DNA from: Candidatus Firestoneibacteriota bacterium
GTDB lineage: Bacteria > Oederibacteriota > D2-FULL-39-29 > JBDRBU01
NCBI GenBank assembly: GCA_043822305.1
Contig: JBDRBU010000117.1
Span: forward strand, 1 to 38,868
Length of the DNA: 38,868 bases
Direction of reading: 5' to 3'
Within the stretch, counting starts at the first letter, position 1, and the number at the start of each line of letters is the position of its first letter. Both the position numbers and the translations under genes were made by a program. Under the pieces are notes generated by a model, which ran no database searches, was not told the origin of the DNA, and saw only the letters and a list, made by a program, of their open reading frames with translations. Shown here piece by piece: positions 8,501 to 17,454 of this stretch.

Positions 8501-10230
8501 TTTATTCTCTCCACTCCTTTCATCCACTCCACTGCTTCAAATAAATCCTTGGCAATAAATACTGGCTTATTATCACCTAATTTCTCTTTTTCTGTTATTC
8601 CATCGCCTGTTAAAACAAGAATTGATTTTGCGCCAACTTTATTTCCAAATTCAATATCTGTTACTTTATCACCAATGACATAAGATTTTTTTAAATCTAA
8701 ATTGTATTTCTTCTCACCCTTTATTAGCATTCCGGAATTAGGTTTTCTATACAAACAGCCACTTTCCGTTAAATGTATGCAATAATAAATCTCGTTCAAA
8801 TAAGCACCTGCTGATTTTCTTAACATTTTCTGTAATCTCTTGTTTATTTTCTTTAAAGTTTTTTCAGTAAATTTACCCCGGCTAACACCCGATTGGTTTG
8901 TCGTAACTATAACAGGGATGTTCAACTCATTTAAAAGTTTTATAGCCTCCGCTGATCTTGGAATTAATTCTAACTCATCTGGATTTGATAAATAACCTTT
9001 TTCAACATCTATAGTTCCATCTCTATCTAAAAAAACTCCTATCCTTTTTTCTCTTGTTTTTATTATGGCTATGGAAATTCCTATAAAAAACCACAAGTTT
9101 AGTATGACCATAGATAAACTATACTCAAATATTCCAGAAATAAGATATGCACTAAATCCTCCTATTATACCTATGACTATATACTTCTCAAACTTTTCTT
9201 TTATTGTTGGAAGAGCCTTTATGGTTACATAGTAAAATGCAAATATAAGAAATATATATGCAAAAAGAGTATATATACCTCTTTCTACCATAATTTGCAT
9301 GAAATTATTATGCAAATGTCCTACATTTGGATAAATAGCCTCAGGTAATTTGTATTTTGGATAAATCAACTCTAAATTATGAATACCAATACCTAATGGA
9401 TGATTTTTAAAAATTAGCAGTCCACTTTTCCACATACATAGTCTTTCAAAATTGGATGAAAATTTTGGATTAAACTTTTTTGAAACAGTAATACTTAAGG
9501 TACTATCAGGTAAAAAAATTGTTATAGAAGCAATTATTACTATAAATCCCAGCAATAAAACAAAAATTTTCTTTCTTTTAAAAAGTATAGCCATTATAAT
9601 CAACGAAAATACAAAAGCAAGCAAACCTGCTTTTACATATGTTAGAATTTCTACTACCATCATTAATAAAAAAACTGCTATTAAAATGAATTTTATAGTT
9701 TTCTTTTTTTCAAAGAATATCAAACTTAAAATCAGTGATATTAGAAATAATAGTATTGCACTTAAACTTAATGGATGTCCAGCACCACCATAAAGTCTTC
9801 CTATTCCTTCTGTGCCTTTATATATTGCATATATTGACCCTAAAACGCTTCCAATAATAACTAATATTATTAAAGTTTTTATTTCTTTTTTATCTTTCAA
9901 GTTATTACTTACTACTAAATACAAAAGCATCCAACCACCCGATTTAAACATCCCCAGCAAACTGTTTAATGTATTAATTCCCAGAAAACAAGAAAAAAAG
10001 CTTGTAAAGAAAAATACAAAAAATGCCAGATCAAACAAGTTTAACTTTTCTTTTTCGTAATTAAACTTCCAATTTACTATTATTTTTACCAGATAGGCAA
10101 GAAGAGCGGGAAAATATCCAAATTGCATTCCAGAAATGGATAAAACACAGGTTAAGGCAAAAAAATACAAACCGTATTTTATAGTTTTATCACAGTAGCC
10201 ATTAATCTTTTCTATCATTATCTTCTCCAT
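8497..10230 (-). CDS. O-antigen ligase (Wzy_C/WaaL-like) fused to a C-terminal GmhB-like HAD-IIIA phosphatase
   Basis: Polytopic N-terminal part with ERLCMWKSG..HPLGIG..HLHNNFMQIMVERG. C-terminal FLDRDGTI, TNQSGVSRG, YYCIH, RKPNSGM and VIGDKVTDIEFG. Confidence 0.85.
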   Translation of the reverse strand: MEKIMIEKINGYCDKTIKYGLYFFALTCVLSISGMQFGYFPALLAYLVKIIVNWKFNYEKEKLNLFDLAFFVFFFTSFFSCFLGINTLNSLLGMFKSGGWMLLYLVVSNNLKDKKEIKTLIILVIIGSVLGSIYAIYKGTEGIGRLYGGAGHPLSLSAILLFLISLILSLIFFEKKKTIKFILIAVFLLMMVVEILTYVKAGLLAFVFSLIIMAILFKRKKIFVLLLGFIVIIASITIFLPDSTLSITVSKKFNPKFSSNFERLCMWKSGLLIFKNHPLGIGIHNLELIYPKYKLPEAIYPNVGHLHNNFMQIMVERGIYTLFAYIFLIFAFYYVTIKALPTIKEKFEKYIVIGIIGGFSAYLISGIFEYSLSMVILNLWFFIGISIAIIKTREKRIGVFLDRDGTIDVEKGYLSNPDELELIPRSAEAIKLLNELNIPVIVTTNQSGVSRGKFTEKTLKKINKRLQKMLRKSAGAYLNEIYYCIHLTESGCLYRKPNSGMLIKGEKKYNLDLKKSYVIGDKVTDIEFGNKVGAKSILVLTGDGITEKEKLGDNKPVFIAKDLFEAVEWMKGVERIK

Positions 10231-10267
10231 TATTCTCTCCTATTTTTAATTCCCCCTTGTTCTCTCT

Positions 10268-10748
10268 TATTCCCCATTATTCCCCCTTAACAAAGGGGGT
10301 TAGGGGGTTGTTATCAGTGGTTGTTATAGTGGGTTGTTTGTCCTTTAATCCATCCCTCAATTGCCATCAACACATTACCTATATCTCTTTTAACATCTAC
10401 ATCGTTAAACCTAATGACTGTCAATCCCATGAGTTCTAATAATCGTTGTCGTTCCATATCGTATTGAAATCTACCGTCGTGGCTTTCTCCGTCTATTTCA
10501 ATTACAAGTTTCAGTTTGCTACAATAAAAATCAACAATATAATTTCCAATAGGCTTTTGTCTCATAAATTGATACTCAAACATCCTCTTGCCCTTTAACT
10601 GGTTCCAAAGCAAAACTTCCGATAAAACGCCCTTCTGCCTGAGTTCTCTTGCACAAAATTTCAATTTTGAATTGTAATAGATATTCATAACAACTACCTT
10701 AATAACAACCCCCTTGATCCCCCTTTATTAAGGGGGAATAGGGGAATA
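10268..10748. mobile_element. Putative DUF559 endonuclease cassette bounded by ~46-bp hairpin inverted repeats (family A)
   Basis: Left 10268-10314 tattccccattattcccccttaacaaagggggttagggggttgttat; right 10702-10748 ataacaacccccttgatccccctttattaagggggaataggggaata. They are near-perfect inverses enclosing one gene. Confidence 0.7.
10314..10688 (-). CDS. DUF559 / Vsr-like PD-(D/E)XK endonuclease domain protein
   Basis: ARELR..SEVLLW..L, FMRQKPIGNYIVDFYC, KLVIEIDGESH, D.ERQ..LE.MG..VIRF. Confidence 0.9.
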   Translation of the reverse strand: MNIYYNSKLKFCARELRQKGVLSEVLLWNQLKGKRMFEYQFMRQKPIGNYIVDFYCSKLKLVIEIDGESHDGRFQYDMERQRLLELMGLTVIRFNDVDVKRDIGNVLMAIEGWIKGQTTHYNNH

Positions 10749-10774
10749 CAATAAATATTTGATTTGCTAACCTG

Positions 10775-11875
10775 TTACTTAAATTTCAATATCTTCTCTG
10801 TAATGCTTATTACTTGTTCGGAAGTTATATTTTCTACCAACTGGCTTTTATCTCGTATTACAAAATGTTGACGACCAAGTGGATTCCATAAATCTGGATC
10901 CGTAGGACCAAAAATGGCCAAGGTCGTCGTCCCTAAAGCTGCTGCAAGATGAAGAATTCCAGTATCGTTACAAATAAACAAAGGTAATGGTTTTACGACA
11001 GAAGCTAATTGACGAAGTGATAAATCAGTTAGAAGAAAAACAGAACATTTAGCACGATTTAAAAAAGACTTTACGAGTTCTTTCTCTGATGGACCTACAA
11101 AGACTACAATTTTAATTTTATATTTTTGAATTAGATAATCACTTACTTTAGCAAAGTTATCTACTGGCCAGCGATTTTCAAGTCTATTTGCTCCCAGATG
11201 CATTCCTATAACTATATCGGGACCCAAAGATATATTATTTTTTTTATACACTTCATTCGCCCACTCATCTTCATCAACTAATGTTGCCATGAAAAGTTCA
11301 TTTGTTTTAATTAGAATACCAATATATCTCAATAAATCAAGATTCCTTTCTATCTCATGTTTTTTTACACTGGCATTATAAGGTACTTCAGTCGTAAGAA
11401 ATCCATTAGTCTGACTTTTTTTTCCAAAAAATCCCCCCTCATAACCAACTCTTATTGGCGCTTTACTTAAAAAAGCAATTATTAGACTACTAAAAGAAAT
11501 AGATGTGGAACCAAGAACAATGGCCATATCATATTTTTTTCTTCTTATAACATATATAAATCTAAAAAAATGGAATGGGAAAAATAACTTCTTTTTATCA
11601 AATATAATTATCTCGTTAATATATTTATTACCAATAAAAATTTCATTTTCTGATAATTCGGGTCTGGCCACAACATCTATTTTTGCTTGCGGTAAAGCCA
11701 TTTTAATATTAGGAATAACCGCCGTACTTATTAAAACATCACCCATGGGGTCGTGCATTCTTATCACCAGAATATTTTTAATTTCAGAAAGTTTTATTTC
11801 ATCAGGACTAATTTTTGTGCTTCTGAAAAAACCTGATATTATACCTTTAATATAATCAATATTAAAAATCTGCAT
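10775..11875 (-). CDS. Glycosyltransferase family 9
   Basis: NILVIRMHDPMGDVLIST, HEIERNLDLL, CNDTGILHLAAALGTTTLAIFGPTDPDLWNP. Confidence 0.88.
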   Translation of the reverse strand: MQIFNIDYIKGIISGFFRSTKISPDEIKLSEIKNILVIRMHDPMGDVLISTAVIPNIKMALPQAKIDVVARPELSENEIFIGNKYINEIIIFDKKKLFFPFHFFRFIYVIRRKKYDMAIVLGSTSISFSSLIIAFLSKAPIRVGYEGGFFGKKSQTNGFLTTEVPYNASVKKHEIERNLDLLRYIGILIKTNELFMATLVDEDEWANEVYKKNNISLGPDIVIGMHLGANRLENRWPVDNFAKVSDYLIQKYKIKIVVFVGPSEKELVKSFLNRAKCSVFLLTDLSLRQLASVVKPLPLFICNDTGILHLAAALGTTTLAIFGPTDPDLWNPLGRQHFVIRDKSQLVENITSEQVISITEKILKFK

Positions 11876-12482
11876 TTTTAAACCTCATATTTAATAAAAT
11901 AAAAACCTTATTCCATATCTTGTCAAATTTACTATAAACCAAAACAGTGGAAAGTGGAAGAAGTACAAAAATCAAATGATGAATTTCTAATAAGTATGAA
12001 TTACTTAATGTCGGAATAATATAAGTTGTATAGTAAATTAACTCTTTTGAGCCAACAGTTAAAATGCAAAGCATAAACAACACTATTGATATACATATGA
12101 ATGGCCAAACGAATTTATAGTCCCGGCGAATAAACACAAAATAAATAAGCAATATAATAGGAATTATTGTCCAAGCAAACAACGGTGGATAAGTATACCC
12201 AAATCTTTCTGGAATTCCAAAATCAATTCCCATTTTATGAAGTGTCTCCGGACTTACTTTATTACAAATAAGGTTTTCTTTAATCTCCAGACCCGTATAT
12301 GGAGACATTCCATTTTTAATTTGCCAACCAGCAATGTAATATGAAGTAAAATCTATGTAAGATAATTTATGTTCCGAGATAAAAAAAGTGTTTAAAACAA
12401 ATCTATGAGTAAAAATTACTGTGGAAAACAATAACATTCCATATAAAATTATTATTTTAAAATTAATTTTTTTTATTTCCAT
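11862..12482 (-). CDS. Short GT87/DUF2029-like membrane protein, probably an internally deleted remnant
   Basis: DFTSYYIAG..SPY..YTYPPLFA N-terminal motifs and a late HHLIFVLLP motif, but only 206 aa. Confidence 0.55.
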   Translation of the reverse strand: MEIKKINFKIIILYGMLLFSTVIFTHRFVLNTFFISEHKLSYIDFTSYYIAGWQIKNGMSPYTGLEIKENLICNKVSPETLHKMGIDFGIPERFGYTYPPLFAWTIIPIILLIYFVFIRRDYKFVWPFICISIVLFMLCILTVGSKELIYYTTYIIPTLSNSYLLEIHHLIFVLLPLSTVLVYSKFDKIWNKVFILLNMRFKNADF

Positions 12483-12491
12483 TTTTTTACT

Positions 12492-13226
12492 TTATTTGCT
12501 TTCTTTACTTTCTTTACTCTCCTTCACCCCTCTAAACCAAAGATACCAACCAGATATCTTTCTTTTAAAATCAAATAAACTATCAGAGCCTTTCACATAA
12601 ACTCTTCTTATTTGATGTAAATCTTCTAATACATATTTTTTTGTTGAATTTATGGCACAACCAAATTTGTAACCAGACAACTTGGCCATCTTTTTAACAT
12701 CTTCATTATATTCACCATATGGATAGACAATAGTATTTATTTGTTTTTTAAGTAAACTTTCTAAATATGCCTTTGAGCTTTCTAACTCGTATTTTAATTT
12801 ATTAACATCTATATTATTAAAATGCGGATGAGTTACTGTATGTGATTCAAAACTTATTTCATCTTTAATTAAATTTAAGATTTGTTCTTTATTTATTATA
12901 TTAGTCTTACCAACAAAATCCGTGACTAATGAAACCACTGCCTTTATCTGATATTTATTTAAAACAGACAAAACATTATTTAAAGTATCTTCATAACCAT
13001 CATCAAATATCAAAATAATTGGTTTTTTCGGCAAATCTTTCTTTTTGTCCAAGATTAAACTCAACTCATCAAAATTTATACTTGTAAAATTAACTTTACT
13101 TATATATTTCATCTGCTTTTCAAAATCAGAAATATCAACATATAAATCATCCAACAAATCTTTAGGAACTTTATTTTTATCTACAACATGATGATACATC
13201 AATATTGGAATATTTAACTTCGCCAT
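12492..13226 (-). CDS. Polysaccharide deacetylase (CE4/NodB family)
   Basis: IPILMYHHV, IFDDGY, ESHTVTHPH, YPYG motifs. Confidence 0.9.
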   Translation of the reverse strand: MAKLNIPILMYHHVVDKNKVPKDLLDDLYVDISDFEKQMKYISKVNFTSINFDELSLILDKKKDLPKKPIILIFDDGYEDTLNNVLSVLNKYQIKAVVSLVTDFVGKTNIINKEQILNLIKDEISFESHTVTHPHFNNIDVNKLKYELESSKAYLESLLKKQINTIVYPYGEYNEDVKKMAKLSGYKFGCAINSTKKYVLEDLHQIRRVYVKGSDSLFDFKRKISGWYLWFRGVKESKESKESK

Positions 13227-13987
13227 TTTAGCACCTTTAAATTAAACTTATACAGTTCTAATAACTTTATCTCTGAGGCAAAGATATAAAAGGCAGAAAA
13301 AATATGAAATAGTAATCCCGAAATTCCATCTAAAGCTCCCAATTTTAATATATACCATTTTATAAATCTATAAATTGGTCTTATAAAAACACCATATATA
13401 CTTGGCTTTAAATGATTCTGAAATCTGCCAAGTGCATCTAAATATGTGTATCTATTAAACTTTTCAAAATAAAAAGATATATTTGGATAAGAGTAATGTA
13501 ATATGGAACAATTTAATTTCCCTGCATTTCGACTATTTAAAGACACACCTTCATGAACCTGCTTAATTTTTGAATAGAATCTCCCTTTTGATTTCTTAAA
13601 CAATCTTAAATGATAGTCTGGATATTGACCACCATATTTTAACCATCTACCCAGAAAATAATTTTTTATTGGAATAAAATATCCATCCTTATTTAAATTT
13701 TTAGAAAGTATTTCTTTTTTTAACTTGTCCGAAACTCTTTCATCTGCATCAACACTTAAAATCCACTCATTTTTTGCCTTTGATATCCCAAAATTTTTTT
13801 GATTTGCATAATTGTCCAATGTTCTCAAATAAACCTTTTCCGTAAACCTTTTCGCTACCTTAACTGTTTTATCAGAACTCTCTGTATCAACTACTATTAT
13901 CTCCTCAACAAAATCTAATGATTTCAAACAGTCTTTAATATTCTTTTCTTCGTTTTTTGTTATTATAACCGCAGAAATATGATTCAT
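13214..13987 (-). CDS. Glycosyltransferase family 2 (WaaE/KdtX-like)
   Basis: SAVIITKNEEKNI, VVDTESSDKT, WILSVDADE, YPDYHLRLF, VHE, LDGISG. Confidence 0.9.
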   Translation of the reverse strand: MNHISAVIITKNEEKNIKDCLKSLDFVEEIIVVDTESSDKTVKVAKRFTEKVYLRTLDNYANQKNFGISKAKNEWILSVDADERVSDKLKKEILSKNLNKDGYFIPIKNYFLGRWLKYGGQYPDYHLRLFKKSKGRFYSKIKQVHEGVSLNSRNAGKLNCSILHYSYPNISFYFEKFNRYTYLDALGRFQNHLKPSIYGVFIRPIYRFIKWYILKLGALDGISGLLFHIFSAFYIFASEIKLLELYKFNLKVLKWRS

Positions 13988-13993
13988 ATTAAT

Positions 13994-14022
13994 ATTATAC
14001 CATTATAATTCGCAATTCGCAA
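13994..14022 (-). promoter_or_regulatory. sigma70-type promoter, probably giving a leaderless mRNA for the GT2 gene
   Basis: TTGCGA-17 nt-TATAAT with TGn extension; only 6 nt separate the -10 from ATG 13987, and no SD is present. Confidence 0.55.
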
Positions 14023-14030
14023 TCCGTAAT
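14007..14030. repeat. Heptamer tandem repeat (AATYCGY)
   Basis: aattcgc aattcgc aatccgt aat. Confidence 0.75.
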
Positions 14031-14036
14031 AGGCAT

Positions 14037-15242
14037 TTACTCGTATTTTAAGGCAACTATCGGGTCAATCCTTGCAGCTTTTACCGCAGGATAAACTCCA
14101 AAGAATACTCCAATAGCCGTTGAAAAACTAAAGGCTAAAATAATAGAAGATATGGAAGCTTTTAATGGAAAGGGAACATATGGAGAAATTGTTGAAATAA
14201 TAATTATTGATAGAATAATTCCTATTAACCCACCACTAATTGTAATTGTTATTGATTCAATTAGAAATTGTAGCAATATATTATAAAAAGTAGCACCTAC
14301 TGCTTTTCTTAAGCCAATTTCTTTTATCCTTTCAGTTACAGTTACAAGCATAATATTCATAATCCCGATACCAGCCACAAGAAGAGAAATACCAGCAATA
14401 ACGCCGGTGACAACACTTAAAACATTTGCAAAAGTATTAAACAGACCAAGCATCTCGCTTTGACTTTGAACTGTAAAATCTTTTTCTTCCATTTCCATCT
14501 TTAAAATTCGCTTCGTCTCTAAAACTGCTTTATTAACATCTTTAGCATTAGGAACTTTAAGGGTTATTTGATGTATTTCAGTAGAACCTATTAAGTTATG
14601 AGCAGTTGTGATAGGCATGACAACTATATCGTCCATATCCATATCAAACATTTTTCCTTTACTTTCCAAAATTCCAATTATACGAAATTTTATTCCTTTT
14701 ACTGAAATTTCTTTGCCAATCGCGTTCGCGTTACCTGAAGGAAAAAAGTCTTTAACAATTGTCTCACCTATAACAACTGTTTTCCTTCCAACATTAACAT
14801 CTTCCTGTTTAAAAAAATTACCCTGTGCAATTTTCCAGTTATATACTTCTGGCATATTTGCATAAACTCCTATAACCATAGATGACTTTCTGCTTTCTCT
14901 TTTATACTTTACAACTATACCCATTAAATCATACTCTGGACACGCTATAACACCATAGCTACTACGCGCTTCAAGTAAATCAATATGCCTTTCTTTCAAT
15001 TTATTAACTACATTTATTCCAGGATATCCGGACATATCAAAATTACCAGGAAATATCACAAAAGAATTAGAACCAAACGATATTATTTCACCTTCTATCT
15101 TTGCCTTTGTTCCAGTGATTACTGAAACCAAAAGAATAATAGCCATAACACCAATAATTACTCCAGAGACAGTCAATAAACTACGAATCTTATTGGATTT
15201 TAAACTATTAAATACTATATTAAAACCTTCTACTATTCTCAT
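14037..15242 (-). CDS. ABC transporter permease, MacB/FtsX family
   Basis: NKIRSLLTVSGVIIGV, ISLLVAGIGIMNIMLVTVTERIKEIGLRKAVGA, YPAVKAARIDPIVALKYE. Confidence 0.92.
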   Translation of the reverse strand: MRIVEGFNIVFNSLKSNKIRSLLTVSGVIIGVMAIILLVSVITGTKAKIEGEIISFGSNSFVIFPGNFDMSGYPGINVVNKLKERHIDLLEARSSYGVIACPEYDLMGIVVKYKRESRKSSMVIGVYANMPEVYNWKIAQGNFFKQEDVNVGRKTVVIGETIVKDFFPSGNANAIGKEISVKGIKFRIIGILESKGKMFDMDMDDIVVMPITTAHNLIGSTEIHQITLKVPNAKDVNKAVLETKRILKMEMEEKDFTVQSQSEMLGLFNTFANVLSVVTGVIAGISLLVAGIGIMNIMLVTVTERIKEIGLRKAVGATFYNILLQFLIESITITISGGLIGIILSIIIISTISPYVPFPLKASISSIILAFSFSTAIGVFFGVYPAVKAARIDPIVALKYE

Positions 15243-15254
15243 CTATTATAATTT

Positions 15255-15315
15255 GCAGGGTTTAGCCTGCGTGTTTTATACAAGACACATCGTCCCATGT
15301 AAAATGGGACGCTAC
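15255..15315. repeat. GTAG-type REP-like hairpin pair between the two permease genes
   Basis: gcagggtttagcctgc (15255-15270) and cgtcccat-gtaaa-atgggacg-ctac (15291-15315; starts GTAG on the minus strand). Confidence 0.55.
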
Positions 15316-16514
15316 TCATATCTCAACGCAACTATCGGGTCAACTCTTGCAGCTCGGAGAGCCGGATATGTTCCAAAGAAAACTCCAACCAAACTTGAAA
15401 AAGTAAAAGACACAATGATAGCCGTTAAAGAAGCACTTAATGGAAGAGGCACAAAAGGGCTAACAATTGTTATAATAAGTATGGCTAAGACTATGCCTAT
15501 TAAGCCACCAATTACGGCTATGATGATTGCTTCAACTATAAACTGAAAAAGAATATCATAAAACGAAGCACCTACTGCTTTTCTAATTCCAATTTCTCTT
15601 GTCCTTTCTCTTACGGCTACCAGCATAATATTCATAATGCCAATACCACCCACAAAAAGAGAAATACCAGCAACACATCCCATAACCACACTTAATACAT
15701 CAGCAAAAGTATTAAACATACTTAACATTTCTCCCTGACTACTAACAGTAAAATCTTCTTTATCCATATCTTTTTCTAAAATCCGTTTTGTTTCATTTAT
15801 TGCTTTGTCTAAATTATTAGGGTCTGGGACTTTTAATATTATCTGATTAATGGTAGTAGAACCTAATAACTCGTGAGCAGTAGTTATGGGTATAGCCACA
15901 AAGTCATCCATATCTTTTCCAAAAAAATTTCCTTTACTTTCTACAACTCCAATAACAAGAAATTTTTTACCTACTACGGTAATTTCTTTGCCAATAGGGT
16001 TACTTTCTTTAAAAAAATCATTAACAATAGTCGTACCAACTACACAAACTTTTCTTGCAGAATCAACATCTTCTTTTCTAAAAAAATTCCCCGAAGAAAC
16101 ATTCCAATTACGCACATATGTAAAATTAGGAGTTACACCACCTACCATCGTAGTATTTCTGCTTTCTCTCTTATACTTTACAGTTTCTCCCATTATTATA
16201 AAAACAGGCGATGCTTTCACTCCACAAGTACTTCTTGACTCAAAAAGTTCAACATACTTCATTTTTAATTTATTAACTGAAAAACTGCCGGGTGGCCCAT
16301 GTGTTTCCTCTAAATTGCCTGGAAACACCATAAACGCATTTGAACCCATTGACTTCATCTCGCTTTCAACTTTTGCCCGAGTACCAGTCACAACCGAAAC
16401 TAAAAGAATTATAGACATTACACCAATAATAACACCCAGCATAGTCAGAAGTGTTCTCATCTTATTGGCTTTTAAATTAGTAAAAGGTATTTTAGCACTT
16501 TCTAAATAATTCAT
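15312..16514 (-). CDS. ABC transporter permease, MacB/FtsX family
   Basis: NKMRTLLTMLGVIIGV, GGIGIMNIMLVAVRERTREIGIRKAVGA; paralog of 14037-15242. Confidence 0.92.
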   Translation of the reverse strand: MNYLESAKIPFTNLKANKMRTLLTMLGVIIGVMSIILLVSVVTGTRAKVESEMKSMGSNAFMVFPGNLEETHGPPGSFSVNKLKMKYVELFESRSTCGVKASPVFIIMGETVKYKRESRNTTMVGGVTPNFTYVRNWNVSSGNFFRKEDVDSARKVCVVGTTIVNDFFKESNPIGKEITVVGKKFLVIGVVESKGNFFGKDMDDFVAIPITTAHELLGSTTINQIILKVPDPNNLDKAINETKRILEKDMDKEDFTVSSQGEMLSMFNTFADVLSVVMGCVAGISLFVGGIGIMNIMLVAVRERTREIGIRKAVGASFYDILFQFIVEAIIIAVIGGLIGIVLAILIITIVSPFVPLPLSASLTAIIVSFTFSSLVGVFFGTYPALRAARVDPIVALRYE

Positions 16515-16515
16515 A

Positions 16516-17454
16516 TTACTTTATCTTTACTTTTTCTCCATCTTTTAACTTTGAGATATTACTTTCGACGACAATATCATTTTCATTTAAACCATCCACA
16601 ATTTCTGTATTGTCATAATTCTCAAGACCAATCTTAATAACCTTTTTCTTTAACATATTTTTCTCAGCCGCAAAAACAAATTTAACTCCTTTTTCTTCGC
16701 CAATAGCCGTGTAAGGGACCATTAAAACATTCTTTTTATTTGCAACAAAAATATAAACATCCCCTGTCATTCCAAGTCTTAAGGTAACATCCGTGGGAGA
16801 TAATTTTACCTTTACCAAATAGGTAATACCTTTTTCTTTCACTTCCAAACTAGACCTGGCGATAAAAACAACTTTACCATCTAATTTTAAATCTTTATAC
16901 GCATCCAAAACTACTTCTACTTTTTGCCCCACCTTTACCTCTCCTATATCTGTCTCATCTATATTGGTTTCAATGAGCATATTATGTAAATCAGCAATTA
17001 AAAACGCAGGGGTTCCTCCCATTAATGGCTCTCCAACTTCAACAAATTTTTTAACAATTGTTCCGGAGAAGGGAGCAGATATAAAAGTATTTTTCCACTG
17101 TTCTTTTGCCAATTCAACCTCTCTAGGAGTAACAAAACCTTTTTCTCCTAACTTTGCCAGACGATTATAATCTTTCTCCGCCTGAGCAGTTGAATCAAGA
17201 TCAAGTAATATTTTACCTTTCTCCACAGCCTGATTTTCTTCAACCATTATTTTATTTACTCTACCTGATGAAACAGTAGTTAATTTAGCCTCATGGTTAG
17301 AGCGAACAGTTCCAGTAGCAGAAACTGACACGATTAATTCGCCCCTGACAACTTTTGCTACTTTAACCTCTGTTCCTCCTCTTAAACCACACTGGGTAAA
17401 CAAGAAAACAACAATAAGAACTATTCCAAATTCAATTAATGTAATCTTTTTCAT
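16516..17454 (-). CDS. Efflux transporter periplasmic adaptor subunit (MacA/HlyD-like)
   Basis: VSATGTV, lipoyl halves SGRVNKIMVEENQAVEKG and ISAPFSGTI, IDETDIGEVKVGQ, LRLGMT, EIVDGL. Confidence 0.9.
   Translation of the reverse strand: MKKITLIEFGIVLIVVFLFTQCGLRGGTEVKVAKVVRGELIVSVSATGTVRSNHEAKLTTVSSGRVNKIMVEENQAVEKGKILLDLDSTAQAEKDYNRLAKLGEKGFVTPREVELAKEQWKNTFISAPFSGTIVKKFVEVGEPLMGGTPAFLIADLHNMLIETNIDETDIGEVKVGQKVEVVLDAYKDLKLDGKVVFIARSSLEVKEKGITYLVKVKLSPTDVTLRLGMTGDVYIFVANKKNVLMVPYTAIGEEKGVKFVFAAEKNMLKKKVIKIGLENYDNTEIVDGLNENDIVVESNISKLKDGEKVKIK

Noticed and set aside
10257..10439. + strand 60-aa ORF containing SPLTKGVRGLL (similar peptide in 29054-29689)
   Set aside because: The shared peptide is just the translation of the family A repeat.
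12492..12525. 9-bp repeat encoding KESKESKESK at the deacetylase C terminus, and a similar T-rich run at 32383-32425
   Set aside because: Short and low complexity; cannot be distinguished from slippage in AT-rich DNA.
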